From Nemertoderma westbladi (taxonomy: Eukaryota; Animalia; Xenacoelomorpha), in contig JAUCBJ010006956.1 in assembly GCA_032718475.1 (NCBI GenBank), positions 62,001 through 126,000 of the forward strand: 64,000 bases of DNA, read 5' to 3'. The notes below the pieces were generated by a model. It saw only the letters and a program-made list of their open reading frames with translations. It was not told where the DNA came from and did not search any database. A program made the translations under genes and the position numbers. Below, piece by piece: positions 60,926 to 64,000 of this stretch (position 1 is the stretch's first letter; each line of letters opens with the position of its first letter).

Positions 60926-61856
60926 AGAAAAACTGTTTGGGCTCACGGTATAAGACAGCGTCACCACGCTTAACTGAACGGGATCTCCAGTCAATCGAGA
61001 TTACAAATCCTGTATTATCTGGTTTTTTTCGCTCGTCTTCTAGCACCTTTACCAGACATCGATTGGATTCAAGTTGACGCTCGTTTAGATCTCTGCGCAA
61101 GAATACCTTACTGAACTTCGTATTCATAAGATTTTTACCGCCGGTGATTATCTTGTCTCTCGAATTCTTGGAGTCAACTGTTACCAATAAAGGACGAGGT
61201 CGAGGCTCATCTTCGGATGTTTGCCCATTAACGTTTAAAGGCGGTTTTCCAAGACGCTTAACAGCAATCAACACGGGTACATTAACTGCAGCCAAATCGG
61301 ATTCTTGATGGTTTGTGGCAATCTTTATGATTTCTAAACAATTATCGCTATCTTCCTCGCTGTAAGCACCTTCTTTTAAGCCACGGACAATTAGGTTTTT
61401 TGAACGACGTTCTGAGTCAATACCGTCAAGCTGACGTTGGTGTAGTAGTACAGCTTTCTTAGTTGAATCAAGATCATTTCTTAGATGATTGTTATCTTTA
61501 CGCAAGTTACTGACCTCATCTTCCAAGGTACCAACTTTTACACGTAACGCTCCGATTTCATCCAACTGTTTCCTAATATCAGTAATATCTTCTTTAACGC
61601 TAGAAAGTTCGCTGCGAACAGAATCTTTCACCGCAAGTTTAATATCATTTATATCGAGGGATGGCTGGGCGGAAGTACTACCGGTACCACGTAAACGTTG
61701 TGAAGTTGGTGGCGAGGCGAGTAGAGAAGAATTCTGATCGAGCAAACCCGCTGAATCGAGTGCATCATACAGACGTTCTTTCGTGACTTTACTCATGATA
61801 TGCTGCTTAGACATTCCAGCCAGCTCATCCAGCGAAAGAGTTTTTGAGGAGTTCAT
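60924..61856 (-). CDS. LINE ORF1 (coiled coil and RRM-like, 310 aa)
   Basis: Heptad region LRVKVGTLEDEVSNLRKDNNHL; RRSKNLIVRGLKE, RLGK, PRPLLV and VFLRRDL motifs typical of LINE ORF1p. Confidence 0.85.
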   Translation of the reverse strand: MNSSKTLSLDELAGMSKQHIMSKVTKERLYDALDSAGLLDQNSSLLASPPTSQRLRGTGSTSAQPSLDINDIKLAVKDSVRSELSSVKEDITDIRKQLDEIGALRVKVGTLEDEVSNLRKDNNHLRNDLDSTKKAVLLHQRQLDGIDSERRSKNLIVRGLKEGAYSEEDSDNCLEIIKIATNHQESDLAAVNVPVLIAVKRLGKPPLNVNGQTSEDEPRPRPLLVTVDSKNSRDKIITGGKNLMNTKFSKVFLRRDLNERQLESNRCLVKVLEDERKKPDNTGFVISIDWRSRSVKRGDAVLYREPKQFF

Positions 61857-62018
61857 TGTCTTTTCCGTAATACGGTATAATTATTAATTATTGCATATAT
61901 TTCAGAATTTATCCGGTATTAACAAAGTCAGGCAGTCCAGTGCAGTATTTGTCTGAAACAGCAAATTCACAGCTATAGTAGCACCAGGTGCTGTAGGCCT
62001 ACTAATAATAATTAAGAA

Positions 62019-64000
62019 TGAAGAGAGAGGAAGAGAGAGGAAGAGAGAGGAAGAGAAAGGAAGAGAGAGGAAGAGAGAGGACGAGAAAGGAAGAGAGAGG
62101 AAGAGAAAGGAAGGGAGAGAAAGAGAGAGGAAGAGAGAGAAAGAGAGAGGAAGAGAAAGGAAGGGAGAGAAAGAGAGAGGAAGAGAGAGGACGAGAAAGG
62201 AAGGGAGAGAAAGAGAGAGGAAGAGAAAGGAAGAGAGAGGAAGAGAAAGGAAGAGAGATGAAGAGAGAGGAAGATAGAGGAAGAGAAAGGATGAGAGAGC
62301 AAGAGAGATGGAGAGAGAGGAAGAGAGAGGAAGAGAAAGGAAGATAGATGAATAGAGAGGAAGATAGAGGAAGAGAAAGGACGAGAGAGCAAGAGAGATG
62401 GAGAGAGAGGAAGGGAGAGAAAGAGAGAGGAAGAGAGAGGACGAGAAAGGAAGGGAGAGAAAGAGAGAGGAAGAGAAAGGAAGAGAGAGGAAGAGAGATG
62501 AAGAGAGAGGAAGAGAGAGCAAGAGAGATGGAGAGAGAGGAAGAGAGAGGAAGAGAAAGGAAGGGAGAGAAAGAGAGATGGAGAGAGAGGAAGAGAGAGG
62601 AAGAGAAAGGAAGAGAGAGAAAGAGAGAGGAAGAGAGAGGAAGAGAGAGGACGAGAAAGGAAGGGAGAGGAAGAGAAAGGAAGAGAAAGGAAGAGAGAGG
62701 AAGAGAAAGGAAGAGAGAGCAAGAGAGATGGAGAGAGAGAGGAAGAGAGAGGAAGAGAAAGGAAGAGAGAGCAAGAGAGATGGAGAGAGAGGAAGAGAGA
62801 GGAAGAGAAAGGAAGAGAGAGAAAGAGAGAGGAAGAGAGAGGACGAGAAAGGAAGGGAGAGAAAGAGAGAGGAAGAGAAAGGAAGAGAGAGGAAGAGAAA
62901 GAAAGAGAGAGCAAGAGAGATGGAGAGAGAGAGGAAGAGAGAGGAAGAGAAAGGAAGAGAGAGCAAGAGAGATGGAGAGAGAGAAAGAGAGAGGAAGAGA
63001 GAGAAAGAGAGAGGAAGAGAGAGAAAGAGAGAGGAAGAGAAAGGAAGAGAGATGAAGAGAGAGGAAGATAGAGGAAGGGAAAGGAAGAGAGAGCAAGAGA
63101 GATGGAGAGATAGGAAGAGAAAGGAAGGGAGAGGAAGAGAGAGGAAAGAGAGAGGAAGAGAAAGGAAGGGAGAGAAAGAGAGAGGAAGAGAGAGAAAGAG
63201 AGAGGAAGAGAAAGGAAGAGAAGGAAGAGAAAGGAAGAGAGATGAAGAGAGAGGAAGGGAGAGAAATAGAGAGGAAGAGAGAAAGAGAGAGGAAGAGAGA
63301 GAAAGAGAGAGGAAGAGAAAGGAAGAGAAAGGAAGAGAGAGGAAGAGAGAGGAAGATAGAGGAAGAGAAAGGAAGAGAGAGCAAGAGAGATAGAGAGAGA
63401 GAGGAAGAGAGAGAGGAAGAGAGAGGAAGAGAAAGGAAGGGAGAGAAAGATAGAGGAATAGAGAGGAAGAGAAAGGAAGGGAGAGAAAGAGAGAGGAAGA
63501 GAGAGGAAGAGAAAGGAAGAGAGATGAAGAGAGAGGAAGAGAGAGGAAGAGAAAGGAAGAGAGATGAAGAGAGAGGAAGAGAAAGAAGAGAGAGGAAGAG
63601 AAAGGAAGATAGAGGAAGATAAAGGACGAGAAAGGAATAGAGAGGAAGGTAAAGGAAGAGAGAGGAAGAGAAAGGAAGAGAAAGGAAGAGAAAGGAAGAG
63701 AGAGGAAGAGAGATGGAGAGAGAGAAGAGAAAGGAAGAGAAAGGAATAGAGAGGAAGAGAAAGGAAGAAGAGGAGGAGAGAGGAAGAGAGATGAAGAGAG
63801 AGAAGAGAGAAGAAGAGAGAGGGAGATAGAGGAAGAGAGAGGAAGAGAAAGGAATAGAAAGGAATAGAGAGGAAGGTAAAGGAAGAGAGAGGAAGAGAAA
63901 GGAAGAGAAAGGAAGAGAAAGGAAGAGAGAGGAAGAGAGATGGAGAGAGAGAACGAGAAAGGAAGAGAAAGGAATAGAGAGGAAGAGAAAGGAAGAAGAG
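62019..64000. repeat. (GGAAGAGAGA)n polypurine satellite, runs off the window end
   Basis: 10-bp units of nearly pure A/G. Confidence 0.97.

Larger units (their letters stand above)
57645..62018 (-). mobile_element. Apparently full-length non-LTR retrotransposon (two ORFs, APE-RT-CCHC; RTE-X/CR1-group-like, clade tentative)
   Basis: Intact ORF1 and ORF2; short 3' UTR ending AATAAAC(CAAT)n at about 57645-57673; 5' boundary approximate; no TSD recognised. Confidence 0.88.

Noticed and set aside
56723-64000. SLPSLP, LSLPFSSSLF and ERKREEERGR ORFs
   Set aside because: Translations of simple purine/pyrimidine satellites.

Overview
AT-rich, intron-containing eukaryotic DNA, most likely from an invertebrate animal. 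On the + strand is the last coding exon of ENY2/Sus1 (2027-2249). Converging on it from the - strand is a large TRPC-family (TRPC4/5/TRPgamma-like) channel gene. I could splice it by hand from ankyrin repeat 4 (37687) to the stop (4055), with every junction GT-AG and in phase; ankyrin repeats 1-3 were not found and probably lie beyond the window. Two features of this gene stand out. (1) It has three pairs of duplicated, probably mutually exclusive exons: S1, pore-helix/filter/S6, and the C-terminal coiled coil. The two pore exons differ at the filter position (GLTD vs GLVS) and at the S6 gate. (2) Its introns hold about 22 kb of minisatellites, several of which are tandem amplifications of the gene's own splice junctions: about 31 copies of one donor and about 30 copies of one acceptor, where every extra copy leads to an in-frame stop. 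Upstream, in the presumed large intron, lie a 12.2-kb BEL/Pao LTR element (apparently identical LTRs, 5-bp TSD, RT and integrase missing), a zinc-finger/acidic ORF pair, and an apparently full-length two-ORF LINE between purine-rich satellites. Most long ORFs in the supplied track are repeat artefacts. All calls are by eye, with no database searches.
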